The notes: generated by a model not told the origin, from the letters alone. A stretch of DNA of 64,000 bases from Candidatus Eiseniibacteriota bacterium (GCA_963725865.1 CAVSAC010000014.1:288001-352000), one strand, 5' to 3'. Shown: positions 42,921 through 53,363, numbered from the stretch's first letter. Translations and numbers: made by a program.

Positions 42921-43514
42921 TCAGGCGGCGCCCATGCGGCGGATCATCTCCTGCACCGCGCGGGCGCGGTGCGAGATGCGGTGCTTCTCCTCGGCCGACA
43001 GCTCGGCGAGCGTGCGGCCGGCGCCGGCCACTTCGAAGATCGGGTCGTAGCCGAATCCGTTGTGACCGCGCGGGGTCTCGGTGATGAGCCCCTCGAGCAC
43101 GCCCTCGCTCGTCAGCTCGCGCCCGTCGGGCAGGCACATCGCGCACGCGGTACGGAAGCGCGCGGTGCGCTGTTCGCGCGCGACGCCCTCCAGCACCTCG
43201 AGCAGCCGCCGCACGTTGTCCTGGTAGGTGGCGCCGTGGCCCGCGAAGCGCGCCGTGTAGATGCCCGGGCGGCCGCCCAGCGCGTCCACCTCGAGCCCGG
43301 TGTCGTCACCGATCGCGGCGAGTCCGGTGTGTCGCAGCGCCGCGCGCGCCTTGGCGAGCGCGTTCTCGGCCAGCGTGCGTCCCACCTCGGCGGGCGCGCT
43401 GGTGCCCGGGAAGTCGCGCAGGCAGGTGAAGCTCGCCGACTCGAGGTCGAACAGCTCCGCCAGCTCGCGGGCCTTGTCCACGTTGAAGGTGGCGATCACG
43501 AAGTGCACGGCCAC
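42921..43514 (-). CDS. rdgB: Non-canonical purine NTP pyrophosphatase (RdgB/HAM1)
   Basis: ENALAKA, DDTGLEVDALGGRPG, GFGYDPIF and SHR. Confidence 0.93.
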   Translation of the reverse strand: MAVHFVIATFNVDKARELAELFDLESASFTCLRDFPGTSAPAEVGRTLAENALAKARAALRHTGLAAIGDDTGLEVDALGGRPGIYTARFAGHGATYQDNVRRLLEVLEGVAREQRTARFRTACAMCLPDGRELTSEGVLEGLITETPRGHNGFGYDPIFEVAGAGRTLAELSAEEKHRISHRARAVQEMIRRMGAA

Positions 43515-43585
43515 TCCTGCTCGGGGTCACCGCACCCCAGTGTGGGGCGCGGGTGGCGGAGTCTAGCGCGTGGGGCGGGCGCGCG

Positions 43586-45253
43586 TCACGCCGGGCCCGC
43601 GGGCCGGCGCTGATCGAGCCGCTCGCGGACGAGGCGCGCGAGCGTGACGGGCGCGAACGGCTTGAGCAGCAAGGTCACGCTCGGGGTTCCCAGGATGCGC
43701 CGCGTCAGCTCCTCCTCGGTGTAGCCCGAAATGCAGATCACGGGCAGGTCCGGCAGCCGGGTGCGGAGTTCCTCGGTCAGTTCGAGCCCGCTGCGTCCCG
43801 GCATCACCACGTCGGTGATCAGCAGGTCGAGTCGCGGGCTCCGGAGCACGAGGATCTCGAGCGCCTCGTCCGCGTCGGCGGCGGTGATCACGCGGTAGCC
43901 GAGCCCCTCGAGCATCCGCGCGAGCAGCAGCCGTACGACGTCCTCGTCCTCGACCAGCAGCAGGGTCTCGGCGCCGCCCGGCGCGCGCGGCTCCGCGAAC
44001 GACTCCTCGGCCGTCTCCACCGCGCCGGCGGCCGGCACGGACGCCCGCGGGAACAGCAGCGTGATCGTGGTCCCCCGTCCGGGCTCGCTCTGCACCTCGA
44101 TCGCGCCGCCGCAGCGCGCCATGGTCGCATACGCCATCGCCAGGCCGAGCCCCAGTCCCTGGCCGCGCGGCTTGGTGGTGAAGAAGGGCTCGAAAGCCCG
44201 CGCCCGCACCTCGGGAGCCATCCCGGCGCCGGTGTCGGTGAACCGCACTCGGACGTAGGGCCCGGCTGCGAGGTGCGCCGGCCGCTCGTCCTCGCCGGCC
44301 TCGATCGCGACGACATCGGTCTGGATCGTGAGCGATCCGCTCTCCGCCATGGCGTCGCGCGCATTCATGGTGAGGTTCATCATCAACTGTTCCAGTTCCC
44401 CGCGGTCCGCGCGCACCCACGCCTCGGACAGTGCCTGGCGCGCCTCGAGCGTGATCGCCTCGCCGAGCGCCGCCCGCATGATGGGCAGCACCTCGCCGAG
44501 GACGACGAGCAGGTCGTGCACCCGCACCTGGAGCGGCTGCTTGCGCCCGAAGCTCAGCAGCTGGCGCGTGAGCTGCGCGGCCCGCTGGCCCGCGTGCTGG
44601 ATCTCGAGCGCGCTGTCGTGGCTCGGATCGTCGGCCGGCAGGGTGTCGACCAGCAGCTGGGCGTGCCCGAGGATCGCCGTGAGCAGGTTGTTGAAGTCGT
44701 GCGCCACGCCGCCCGCCAGGCGCCCGACCGCGTCCATCTTCTGCGCGTGCCGCAACTCCTCCTCGCGGGCGCGGAGGCGCCCCTCGGCCCGCCGATCCTG
44801 GGTGCCGGCGGGGGCCGTGATGTCCAGGGCCACGCCGACCGAGCCGAGGATCGCACCGTCCTCGCCGCACAGGGGCTCGAAGCGCGTCTCGAAGACGCGA
44901 CCGTCCCTGCGGGCGTTCACCGTGAAGGACTCCCCGCCGAGCGCGCGGCGCACGTGCGCGCGGATCTCCTCCGACTCGGGATAGAGCTCCCACAGCGGCC
45001 TGCCCACCACCTCGCCGGGGCGCAGGCCGAGCGCCTCGAGCCCGCGGCCCTCGGACAACGTGATCACGCCCTCGCGGTCGACCGCGAACAACACCACGGG
45101 AGCGTGGTCCAGCACCGCGCGCAGATGGTTCGCGAGCTCCGCTGGCGGCGCGGGCCGCGGGGGCGCGGGCGCGCGCTCCGAGGTCCCACGCCGAGGGCCG
45201 GACTTCACGGGCGCGCCGCTCCCGGTCGGACGCCCGCTGGACCCCGCATCCAC
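43586..45253 (-). CDS. Hybrid PAS-histidine kinase-receiver protein
   Basis: PAS region, GGVAHDFNNLL, NARDAM, DTGAGM, FFTTK and GLGL, then receiver LLVED...TDVVMP...KPF. Confidence 0.92.
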   Translation of the reverse strand: MDAGSSGRPTGSGAPVKSGPRRGTSERAPAPPRPAPPAELANHLRAVLDHAPVVLFAVDREGVITLSEGRGLEALGLRPGEVVGRPLWELYPESEEIRAHVRRALGGESFTVNARRDGRVFETRFEPLCGEDGAILGSVGVALDITAPAGTQDRRAEGRLRAREEELRHAQKMDAVGRLAGGVAHDFNNLLTAILGHAQLLVDTLPADDPSHDSALEIQHAGQRAAQLTRQLLSFGRKQPLQVRVHDLLVVLGEVLPIMRAALGEAITLEARQALSEAWVRADRGELEQLMMNLTMNARDAMAESGSLTIQTDVVAIEAGEDERPAHLAAGPYVRVRFTDTGAGMAPEVRARAFEPFFTTKPRGQGLGLGLAMAYATMARCGGAIEVQSEPGRGTTITLLFPRASVPAAGAVETAEESFAEPRAPGGAETLLLVEDEDVVRLLLARMLEGLGYRVITAADADEALEILVLRSPRLDLLITDVVMPGRSGLELTEELRTRLPDLPVICISGYTEEELTRRILGTPSVTLLLKPFAPVTLARLVRERLDQRRPAGPA

Positions 45254-45492
45254 GAGTGCGGTGCAATGCGACGCTGGTCACCGTTGTGGGTCGCGGGCAC
45301 GTTCATGCGGGCCTTCCGGGCTCGAGGGATGCTGGGGGAGCCGCGATTCTCGGACCTCGCCCCGCCGGCGGCAAGCGCGAAGCCGCCCTGGGCGCCGGCT
45401 TTCGGCGCCGCCGTCGTCGGGCACCGCGCCCCGGCGTCACGCGTGGCGCGTGAGCGGGGCGCGGCCCGCACGCTTCCGGGGCCGGCCGCCGA

Positions 45493-46281
45493 TCAGCCGG
45501 CCAGCAGTCCCGAGGCCCCGACCAGGCGGCGCTGTGCCGCGCTGATGCGGCGCACCCCCGCCCGCGCGAGCGCCAGCAGGGTGCGCAGCTCCGCGGCTCC
45601 GAAGTCGCCCGACTCGCCGGTGCCTTGCAGCTCCACGTAGCGGCCGGCGCCGGTCATCACCACGTTCATGTCGACCTGCGCCTTCGAGTCCTCGGCGTAG
45701 CACAGGTCCAGGCACGCGGTGCCGGCCACCATTCCGACCGAGACCGCCGTGACGGTGTCGCGGAGCGGCGTCCGCGCGAGCTGGTTGCGGTTCGAGAGCG
45801 TCACGAACGCATCGTGCAGCGCCACCAGCGCGCCGTTGATGGCGGCGGTACGGGTGCCGCCGTCGGCCTCGAGCACGTCGCAGTCGAGGATGATCTGGCG
45901 CTCGCCGAACGCCCCGAGGTCGGTGACCGCGCGCAGGGAGCGGCCGATCAGGCGCTGGATCTCCTGCGAGCGGCCCCCGGTCTGCGCGGAGCGTGGGGTG
46001 CGCTCCCCAGTCGCGCGCGGGAGCATGGCGTACTCCGCGGTCACCCAGCCCCCGCCGCGGTTGCGCAGCCAGTTCGGCACCCGATCCTCGACCGTGGCGG
46101 TGCACAGCACCCGCGTGCGACCGAGCGAAATCAGCGCGGAGCCCTCGGCGTGGGGGATGACCCCGCGCTCGACCTTGAGCGCGCGCAGCTGGCGAGGCGA
46201 GCGGCCGTCGGGACGCTGGAACGGCGGCGCGTCGGTCGGCGCGTCCTCGCGCTCGCGGATCGCCCTGGGCTTGCGGGTCAC
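45493..46281 (-). CDS. rph: Ribonuclease PH
   Basis: RPDGR, EYAMLP, EIQRLIGRSLR and DCDVLEADGGTRTA. Confidence 0.95.
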   Translation of the reverse strand: MTRKPRAIREREDAPTDAPPFQRPDGRSPRQLRALKVERGVIPHAEGSALISLGRTRVLCTATVEDRVPNWLRNRGGGWVTAEYAMLPRATGERTPRSAQTGGRSQEIQRLIGRSLRAVTDLGAFGERQIILDCDVLEADGGTRTAAINGALVALHDAFVTLSNRNQLARTPLRDTVTAVSVGMVAGTACLDLCYAEDSKAQVDMNVVMTGAGRYVELQGTGESGDFGAAELRTLLALARAGVRRISAAQRRLVGASGLLAG

Positions 46282-46303
46282 GTCGTCTCCTCGGGGGCTG
46301 GGG

Positions 46304-47149
46304 TCAGGCGAGCGGCGGGCGCTCGAACCACGGCAGGTCGGTCTGATCGATCACCGTGACCGCCGGCAGCTCGCGGCCCAGGAATGTCTGGGCGACGCGC
46401 GAGAACGAACGCCGGCGCGGCTCGTCGCTCAGGTACACGTGGTGCACCGGCGGACCCGCCGCCAGCTGCCCGCGCGCCGCCAGCAGCGCCGCGGTCGCGC
46501 GCGCGGCTTCGGCGCCCGAGTCCACCAGCCGCACGCCGGGCCCCATCAGGTCGGCGATCAGCGGGGCGATGAGCGGGTAGTGCGTGCACCCGAGGATCAG
46601 GCTCTCCAGGTCGGCGCGGCGCAGCTCGGTGAGGTACTCCTCGGCGACCTGCCGCGTGACCGGGTGGTCGAGCCAGCCCTCCTCCACCAGCGGCACGAAC
46701 AGCGGGCAGGCGCGCTGGATGATGGTCGCGCCCGGCATCCGCGCGTCGACCAGGTGCGAGTAGGCGCTGCTGCCGACGGTCGCCAGCGTGCCGATCACGC
46801 CGATGCGGCCGTGCGGGCTCACCGCCAGCGCGGCGTTCACCGCCGGCTCGATCACGCCCACGACCGGGATCTCGAAACGCCGCTGGAGCGAATCGAGCGC
46901 GTGCGCCGAGGCCGAGTTGCAGGCCACCACCAGGCACTTGATGTTCTGGCGCACCAGGAACGTCGCGATCTCGAGGCTGAAGCGGGTGACCGTCTCCTTC
47001 GACTTGTTGCCGTAGGGCACGCGCGCCGTGTCCCCGAAGTACACGATGCTCTCATGGGGCAGCGTGCGGTACAGCTCGCGCACCGCGGTCAGCCCGCCGA
47101 TGCCGGAGTCGAACACACCGATGGGACGCGGATCGTGGGTCGCGGGCAT
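46304..47149 (-). CDS. murI: Glutamate racemase
   Basis: IGVFDSGIGG, PYG.KS, VACNSAS and LGCTHYP. Confidence 0.95.
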   Translation of the reverse strand: MPATHDPRPIGVFDSGIGGLTAVRELYRTLPHESIVYFGDTARVPYGNKSKETVTRFSLEIATFLVRQNIKCLVVACNSASAHALDSLQRRFEIPVVGVIEPAVNAALAVSPHGRIGVIGTLATVGSSAYSHLVDARMPGATIIQRACPLFVPLVEEGWLDHPVTRQVAEEYLTELRRADLESLILGCTHYPLIAPLIADLMGPGVRLVDSGAEAARATAALLAARGQLAAGPPVHHVYLSDEPRRRSFSRVAQTFLGRELPAVTVIDQTDLPWFERPPLA

Positions 47150-47150
47150 G

Positions 47151-47690
47151 TCAGGGCAACTCGCTGACTTCGAACGGGCGGTCGAGCGGCAGATGACCGC
47201 CGAGGGTGGAGAGCGGCACGCCGCCGCAGACGATCAGCACCTGCTTGACCTCCGGTTCGTTGGCTCCCAGCGTACGCACCAGTGAGGTGATCGCGAGGTA
47301 TTCGGCTCCCGACCCGCCGTGGAATCCCTGCAGGAACGCGCGCGACAGGTCGAGCGTCAGCAGCCCGTCGTCGCCGAGATACACGTGGAGCACCGATGTC
47401 CCCGCCGGCAGCGCCGCCACCCCGGCGGTGCGCGGCCCGCGGTCCAGCTCGGCGACCAGCGCGGCGACCCGGTCGTGCAGCGAGCCCGCCTCGGCCAGAT
47501 CGCGCATCTCCTCGACCAGGCTGTCGCCGCTCGGCGCCACGAAGTACAGCCGCGCCGCGCGGAACCCGGTGGACGCGGTGTCGGCCGGCGCCGGCAGCAG
47601 CCGCTCCTGGCTCGGTGCGTGGCCCCAGATGCGCCACGCGGCGAAAGCTAGCACGGCCAGGATCAGCGCCACAACGAACGGGCGTCGCAT
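47151..47690 (-). CDS. GerMN domain protein
   Basis: N-terminal TM, LYF, LDLS, SLVRTL and TLGGHL. Conserved amidase-GerMN-murI-rph order. Confidence 0.8.
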   Translation of the reverse strand: MRRPFVVALILAVLAFAAWRIWGHAPSQERLLPAPADTASTGFRAARLYFVAPSGDSLVEEMRDLAEAGSLHDRVAALVAELDRGPRTAGVAALPAGTSVLHVYLGDDGLLTLDLSRAFLQGFHGGSGAEYLAITSLVRTLGANEPEVKQVLIVCGGVPLSTLGGHLPLDRPFEVSELP

Positions 47691-47698
47691 CGGTCCCC

Positions 47699-49135
47699 TC
47701 AGTCGTTCCGCTGCCACACCGCGACGCCGTCCGCGATCGCGGTCGCCAGCGCGGCGATCCCCAGCGGCGCGGCGAGGCGCCCGCGGTCCACGGGCGAGGT
47801 GAGCGTCGCGCACTCGAGCGCGATGCCCGGCGCGTTCACGCCGAGCAGGTGGAGGGGCAGCATCTCGCGTACGCGCACCGGCCCCTCGCCGTGCGCCTGC
47901 AGCGCGTCCAGGACGGCGTCGGCGAGCGCGCGGCTGGCGACCGCGTGGCGCAGCGCGACGTCGCGCCACGGCATCACCGCGATCGTGGCGGTCCCGCCCT
48001 CCTCGCCGCGCGACTCGGTCGCGGACGCGCAGTAGGCGGTCGCGCCGCGCGCCGCCGGCGTGGGCGCGCCGTCGACGTGCAGCACCAGCACCAGGTCGGC
48101 GTGCGCGCGGTTCGCGGCCTCGGCGCGCGCCTCGACCGTCAGCGCGCGGTCGTCGGTGCGCGTGAGGACGACGCGCGCGCCCAGCCGCCGTTCCAGCTCG
48201 GGCGCCAGCGCGCGCGCGAGCGCGAGCGTGACGTCCTTTTCGAGCAGGCCGCCGGCCTGCACGCCGGCGTCGGCGCCGCCGTGCGCCGGATCGAGCACCA
48301 CCACCCGCACCGAGCGCGGGCCCAGCGGGCCCTCGGGAGCGAACGCCTGCAGCCCGGCGAGCGGCGTGCGCGCGAACTCCAGCGTGACGCGGCGCGTGCT
48401 GGTGTCCGCCGCGATCCGGAACCCCCGCGCCTCGCGCGCCAGCGCGAACTCGAACGTGACTCCCGGCCCGCTGCCCAGCGGAGAGACGCGCCGCACGAGC
48501 GCCTCGGACGGCAGCGAATCCGGGAGCGGCTCGAGACAGGCGCCCGCCAGATGGACCCGGAAACGCGCGCGGGAGCGTCCGATGATCTGCACGATCGGCG
48601 CCCGCTCGCAGTCGATGGTGACGCGCGTCAGGTCGCCCGCCACCACGACCCGCGGCGCCCGCAGCAGCCCCTCCGGGGGCACCACGCGCACGCGCGTGCC
48701 GCCTGGCTCCATCACGAGGCGCGGGAGCGTCGCGTCGTCCGGCAGCGCCGACAGCACCTCGGCCGGCACCCACAGCTCGCCTCCCTGCGCGCGCACCGGC
48801 GCGCCCAGGTAGATCGTCCGCGCGTCCACCAGCAGGAAGGGGTTGTCGACCGTGAACACCACGCGGTGCTCGGCCGCGCGCAGCACCAGCTTGCGGATGT
48901 CGGCGCGCCAGAATCGGGTGGCGCCGAGCAGCCGCGCCAGATCGGCGGCTCCCAGGTAGGGGCGGCCCTCCAGCGTCCGCACGATCGCGAGGTCGGGGCC
49001 CGCGGCGACCGGCGCGGGGGCCGGCGGCGGTGGCGCGGGCGCGAGTGCTGCCAGCGCCAGTACCGCGAGCAACGCCGCCCGCGCGACGCGGCTCGCGGCC
49101 CGCGGCGCCGGCATGCGGGATCGCCCCGCGCTCAT
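47699..49135 (-). CDS. N-acetylmuramoyl-L-alanine amidase (Amidase_3)
   Basis: VVLDPAHGG, EKDVTL, LTRTDD, LHVD and IALE. Confidence 0.85.
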   Translation of the reverse strand: MSAGRSRMPAPRAASRVARAALLAVLALAALAPAPPPPAPAPVAAGPDLAIVRTLEGRPYLGAADLARLLGATRFWRADIRKLVLRAAEHRVVFTVDNPFLLVDARTIYLGAPVRAQGGELWVPAEVLSALPDDATLPRLVMEPGGTRVRVVPPEGLLRAPRVVVAGDLTRVTIDCERAPIVQIIGRSRARFRVHLAGACLEPLPDSLPSEALVRRVSPLGSGPGVTFEFALAREARGFRIAADTSTRRVTLEFARTPLAGLQAFAPEGPLGPRSVRVVVLDPAHGGADAGVQAGGLLEKDVTLALARALAPELERRLGARVVLTRTDDRALTVEARAEAANRAHADLVLVLHVDGAPTPAARGATAYCASATESRGEEGGTATIAVMPWRDVALRHAVASRALADAVLDALQAHGEGPVRVREMLPLHLLGVNAPGIALECATLTSPVDRGRLAAPLGIAALATAIADGVAVWQRND

Positions 49136-49611
49136 CCGTCGCGCCCTGTGCCGCGGCGCGCGCGGTCCATCTCGCGCTTGGCGTCCCGCTCGGCGATCGC
49201 GTGGCGCTTGTCGTGCGTCTTCTTGCCCTTGGCGACGCCGAGCAGCAGCTTCGCGCGCCCGTTCGAGAAGTAGAGCCGCAGCGGGATCAGCGTCTGGCCC
49301 TTCTGCTCGACCGCCTTCGCCAGCCGCACGATCTCGGCCTGGTGCAGGAGCAGCTTGCGCGGCCGCACGGGGTCGAGGTTCCAGCGGTTGCCCTGCTCGT
49401 AGGGCGGGATGTGCAGCTGGAGGACGAACACCTCGCCGTTCTCGACCGTGGCGTAGGACTCCGCGAGGCTCGCCTTGCCCTGGCGCAGGCTCTTGACCTC
49501 GACGCCCTTCAGCACCAGACCGGCTTCGACGGTCTCGAGGATGAAGTAGTCGTGGCTCGCGCGGCGGTTCTGGGCCACCACGCGCTCGGCCGACGAGGTA
49601 GGCGCTGGCAT
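49132..49611 (-). CDS. smpB: SsrA-binding protein
   Basis: NRRASHDY, EAGLVLKGVEVKSLR, RKLLLH and KGKKTHDKR. Confidence 0.96.
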   Translation of the reverse strand: MPAPTSSAERVVAQNRRASHDYFILETVEAGLVLKGVEVKSLRQGKASLAESYATVENGEVFVLQLHIPPYEQGNRWNLDPVRPRKLLLHQAEIVRLAKAVEQKGQTLIPLRLYFSNGRAKLLLGVAKGKKTHDKRHAIAERDAKREMDRARRGTGRDG

Positions 49612-49680
49612 GGGTCGATCGGTGGCCCGGGCGGGAGGGTGACCGCGAGTGCCTTCCCTGGCGCTCGGGATCGAAGTCGA

Positions 49681-49767
49681 TGGTGCGGAAGGGGGGATTT
49701 GAACCCCCACACCCTTTCGGGCGCTAGAACCTGAATCTAGTGCGTCTGCCAGTTCCGCCACTTCCGC
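49681..49767 (-). tRNA. tRNA-Leu(CAG)
   Basis: CTAGA-TTCAGGT-TCTAG anticodon arm, long variable arm and CCA. Confidence 0.96.
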
Positions 49768-49784
49768 ACGGCGATGCGCGGCGG

Positions 49785-49812
49785 ATTATAGGCACCGGCA
49801 CGCACACGTCAA
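49785..49812 (-). promoter_or_regulatory. Promoter of tRNA-Leu-smpB operon
   Basis: TTGACG-N16-TATAAT on the minus strand. Confidence 0.7.
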
Positions 49813-49826
49813 CCGGCCGGGCCCGC

Positions 49827-51257
49827 TCAGTGCGAGTCGGCTCCCAGCGCCTTCTTCATCCCCGGATTCTGCGGCAGCGGCGGCAGGCTGGCCGGAACCT
49901 GGTGCAGGATGTGGGGCTCGAACACCGCGAAGGAGAACTCCGGGCTGGTGGTCTCGTTGTGGCACTGCCGGCAGGTCGCCTCGGTGACCGGGGTGGTCTT
50001 GGCCTTGAACGCCTCGTGCTGGGTGCCCACGCCGTGGCAGCTCTCGCACTGCACGTTGGCCATCGTGGGCGAGAGCGCCGCGCTCACGAAGCCCCCCGGT
50101 TTGCGGAAGCCCACCACGTGACACTGGATGCAGTCGGGGTCGGCGTCCTTCTTGTTGTCGACGAGCGTCTGCCACGCGCGCGCGTGCGCGGTCGTCCGCC
50201 ACTGCTCCGCCTCGGCCTTGTGGCAGCGCTCGCACATCGCCGCGCCCACGAAGTGATCGGGGTTGTTCTCGGCCGAGGCGAGCGTGGCCTCCGCGGCGTC
50301 CTGCTTCTGGGCCTTGCGCAGCTTCTCGTTCAGCGCGTCCTCGAAGTCCTTCACCATCTGCAGCACTTCGGGCTTGTCGGGGATCTGCGGCCCCAGCACG
50401 TACACGTCCGCCTCGCGGGCGCTCACCTTGCGCTGCGCGTCCAGCGTCAGCAGCGTGCGCGCCATGTTCTGCCCCTGCTCGCCGCCGTAGACCGCGAGTG
50501 TGGTCTTGATCAGGCGACCCTTCTGGATCAGCGGCACGTTGCGGCCGAGGATCATCACGTCGATCCCGTCCACCACGGTGCACAGGTCCTCGCCCTCGGC
50601 CTTGCCGAGGTTGGACAGCGCCACCACCACCTGCGCGCCCTTCTTGCGCAGGTCGGCGATCGTCGTCCGGGTCGCGGCGGCGGGATCGGTGGCCTGCAGC
50701 GAATCGCGCGACGGCCCCAGGTCGGCCTTGTCGCTGACGAGCCCGAAGAAGCCGACCTTGACGCCGCCGTGCTGCACGACGATGGACGCGGGGAACGCGG
50801 TCTTGCCGGTCTTCTTCTCGATCAGGTTCGCGCACACGATCGGCAACTTGCGGGAGCGCGCGTTCTCGCGCAGGAACCCGAGTCCGAAGCGCAGGTCGCG
50901 ATCGGCGACGCCCACCGCGTCGACCCCCAGCAGCTTGTAGGCGTCCATGAGGAACCAGCCCGCGTCCTGGTGCAGGTCGTCCTCGGGGAAGAAGCCACCG
51001 TTGTCCACGAAGTACAGCTGCCCGTACTGCGTGCGGATGCTGTCCATGAAGCTCGCCTGGCGCGCCAGCCCGCCCTTGGGCACGTGGCAGCCGCAGGGGC
51101 TGGTCTTGCCCTTCACGTCGCTCACCGAGCAGATCGCGATCTTGTCGGGCTCGAGCGTCGAGGTCATCGGCTTGGGAGCGGAGGCGCCCCCGAGCACGAA
51201 CACGGCCAGCATGCCCATCGTCGAGACGGCGAGGGCGCGGAGGAGGATGGAGCGCAT
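49827..51257 (-). CDS. Secreted UshA/5'-nucleotidase-like domain fused to a tetraheme cytochrome c (c554-like)
   Basis: Signal peptide, PCGC..PKGGLAR and a degenerate metallophosphoesterase. Four CxxCH motifs: CERCH, CIQCH, CESCH and CRQCH. Confidence 0.8.
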   Translation of the reverse strand: MRSILLRALAVSTMGMLAVFVLGGASAPKPMTSTLEPDKIAICSVSDVKGKTSPCGCHVPKGGLARQASFMDSIRTQYGQLYFVDNGGFFPEDDLHQDAGWFLMDAYKLLGVDAVGVADRDLRFGLGFLRENARSRKLPIVCANLIEKKTGKTAFPASIVVQHGGVKVGFFGLVSDKADLGPSRDSLQATDPAAATRTTIADLRKKGAQVVVALSNLGKAEGEDLCTVVDGIDVMILGRNVPLIQKGRLIKTTLAVYGGEQGQNMARTLLTLDAQRKVSAREADVYVLGPQIPDKPEVLQMVKDFEDALNEKLRKAQKQDAAEATLASAENNPDHFVGAAMCERCHKAEAEQWRTTAHARAWQTLVDNKKDADPDCIQCHVVGFRKPGGFVSAALSPTMANVQCESCHGVGTQHEAFKAKTTPVTEATCRQCHNETTSPEFSFAVFEPHILHQVPASLPPLPQNPGMKKALGADSH

Positions 51258-51480
51258 CGTTCGGTTCCTCGGATCGTGGTGGTTCGCGCGGCGAGGGGAT
51301 GGGGCCGGGAGCGGGGCGGCGGGCCGGCCCGACCGGTTCCATCCGGGCACCCCGCCGGCGGCGGCGGTCGCTCTTGGGACACCGGGAGTCCCCGCACGGT
51401 TGCCCGTGCGGAGGGCCAGAAGAGTACCCGGTCGCACGCTTCCCGTCACGGGCCCTCCCGCCAGGCGGCCGCGGCCGCGG

Positions 51481-52452
51481 CTAGCGGCCCTTGCGCTCCA
51501 GCACGCGCCCGGCGGCCGCCACGATGTCGGTGGCGGTGAGCCCGAACGCCTTCATGAGCTCCGCGGGCTTGCCCGACTGCCCGAAGCGGTCGTGCACGGC
51601 GACGAACTCCATGGGCACCGGGTGCGCCTGCACCAGCACCTCGGCCACCGCGCCGCCGAGCCCGCCGTTCACCTGGTGCTCCTCGGCCGTCACCACCGCG
51701 CCGGTCTCCCGCGCGCAGCGCACCAGCAGCTCGCGGTCGATCGGCTTGATCGTGTGCAGGTCCACCACGCGGGCACTCACGCCCTGCGCGCGCAGCGTCT
51801 CGTGGGCGCGCAGCGCCTCGTACAGCATCACGCCGCACGCGACGATCGTGAGGTCGTCGCCGGGCGCGAACACCTCGCCCTGGCCGAACGTGAACGGCGT
51901 GTCCTCGGCGGTCACCACCGGCACGTCCTCGCGCCCGAAGCGGATGTACACCGGCCCCGGCACGCTCGCGGCCGCGAGCGTCGCCTTGTACGACTCCCAG
52001 TAGTCCGCCGGCACCACGATCTTCATGTTGGGGATCGAGCGGATGATGCTGATCTCCTCCATCGCCTGGTGCGTCGCGCCGTCGGGGCCCACCGAGATGC
52101 CGCCGTGCGCGCCGCCGATCTTCACGTCGAGGTTCGAGTAGGCCACCGTGACGCGGAGCTGGTCCGCCGCGCGGCAGGTCGCGAACGCGCCGTAGGTCGC
52201 GAAGAACGGGATCTTGCCCATCGCCGCCAGCCCGGCGGCGATGTTGCACATGTTCTGCTCGGCGATCCCGACCTCGATGAACCGGTCGGGAAAGCGCTCG
52301 GCGAAGAAGTGCACCATCGTCGATTCGCTGAGGTCGCCGACCAGCACCACGATGCGCGGGTCGCGCTCGCCCAGGGTCAGCAGCGCGCGGCCGAAGCCTT
52401 CGCGCGTCTTCTTCATCTCCACCTTCTCGGGCAGCGTGATCGTCGCGCTCAT
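51481..52452 (-). CDS. Transketolase C-terminal subunit
   Basis: EVGIAEQNM, GPDGATHQ, GPVYIRFGR and EEHQ..GGLG. Confidence 0.92.
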   Translation of the reverse strand: MSATITLPEKVEMKKTREGFGRALLTLGERDPRIVVLVGDLSESTMVHFFAERFPDRFIEVGIAEQNMCNIAAGLAAMGKIPFFATYGAFATCRAADQLRVTVAYSNLDVKIGGAHGGISVGPDGATHQAMEEISIIRSIPNMKIVVPADYWESYKATLAAASVPGPVYIRFGREDVPVVTAEDTPFTFGQGEVFAPGDDLTIVACGVMLYEALRAHETLRAQGVSARVVDLHTIKPIDRELLVRCARETGAVVTAEEHQVNGGLGGAVAEVLVQAHPVPMEFVAVHDRFGQSGKPAELMKAFGLTATDIVAAAGRVLERKGR

Positions 52453-52463
52453 GGTCTCCCCCG

Positions 52464-53363
52464 TCATCCGTTCCGCAGTCGCTCGGACCACGTCGCGAAC
52501 GTGGTGCCCAGTTCCTGCAGCGCGCGCTCGCCCTCCTCGGGCTTCGGCGGCTTGCCGTGCCAGCGGTAGTCGTCCTCCATGAACGACACGCCCTTGCCCA
52601 TCACGGTGTGCGCGAGGATCACGCTCGGCTTGCCGCGGAACGCGCGCGCGGACGCGAACGCGTGCACCACGTCGGCCATGTCGTGGCCGTTGCACTCGAT
52701 CACGTTCCAGTTGAACGCGCGCCACTTGGCGTCGAGCGGCGCGATCCCGCAGATGTCCTCGACGTCGCCGTCGATCTGCTTGCGGTTGTAATCGATCACG
52801 GCGCAGAGGTTGTCGAGCTGGCGGTGGCCGGCGAACATCGCCGCCTCCCAGATCTGGCCCTCCTGCTGCTCGCCGTCGCCCATCACGCAGTAGACGCGCC
52901 GCGGGCTGTGGTCGATGCGCGCGGCCATGGCCACGCCGCAACAGACCGAGAGCCCCTGGCCGAGCGAGCCGCCCGACACCTCGATACCCGGCGTGTCGTG
53001 GCGCGAGGGATGGCCCTGCGCGTGGCCGGCGAAGGTGCGGAACTGGAGCAGGTCGCGCAGCGGGAAGTAGCCGCGCTCGGCCATCAGCGAGTAGATCACC
53101 GGCGTCACGTGGCCGATCGAGAACTGCCAGAAATCGCGCCCCTCCCACGACGGCTGCGCGGGATCGAGGCACATCTCGTGGAAGAACATCGCGGTCCCGA
53201 AGTCGGTCGAGGACAGCGGGCCGCCGGTGTGGCCGGTCTGGGACTGGATCAGCAGCGTGACGATGTCGCGGCGGATCTCGAGCGCCTTCTGCTGGAGCTT
53301 CTCCACCGGCCAGAGCAGGCGCCCGGGGGCGTGGCCGGGGGCGGTCGCGGTCTTGGTGGGCAC
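52464..53363 (-). CDS. Transketolase N-terminal subunit
   Basis: GHTGGPLS, QGHP, GSLGQG and the TPP motif GDGEQQEG...N. Confidence 0.92.
   Translation of the reverse strand: MPTKTATAPGHAPGRLLWPVEKLQQKALEIRRDIVTLLIQSQTGHTGGPLSSTDFGTAMFFHEMCLDPAQPSWEGRDFWQFSIGHVTPVIYSLMAERGYFPLRDLLQFRTFAGHAQGHPSRHDTPGIEVSGGSLGQGLSVCCGVAMAARIDHSPRRVYCVMGDGEQQEGQIWEAAMFAGHRQLDNLCAVIDYNRKQIDGDVEDICGIAPLDAKWRAFNWNVIECNGHDMADVVHAFASARAFRGKPSVILAHTVMGKGVSFMEDDYRWHGKPPKPEEGERALQELGTTFATWSERLRNG

Noticed and set aside
51085..51100. Selenocysteine in the CGC motif
   Set aside because: Both codons read TGC, with no in-frame TGA.
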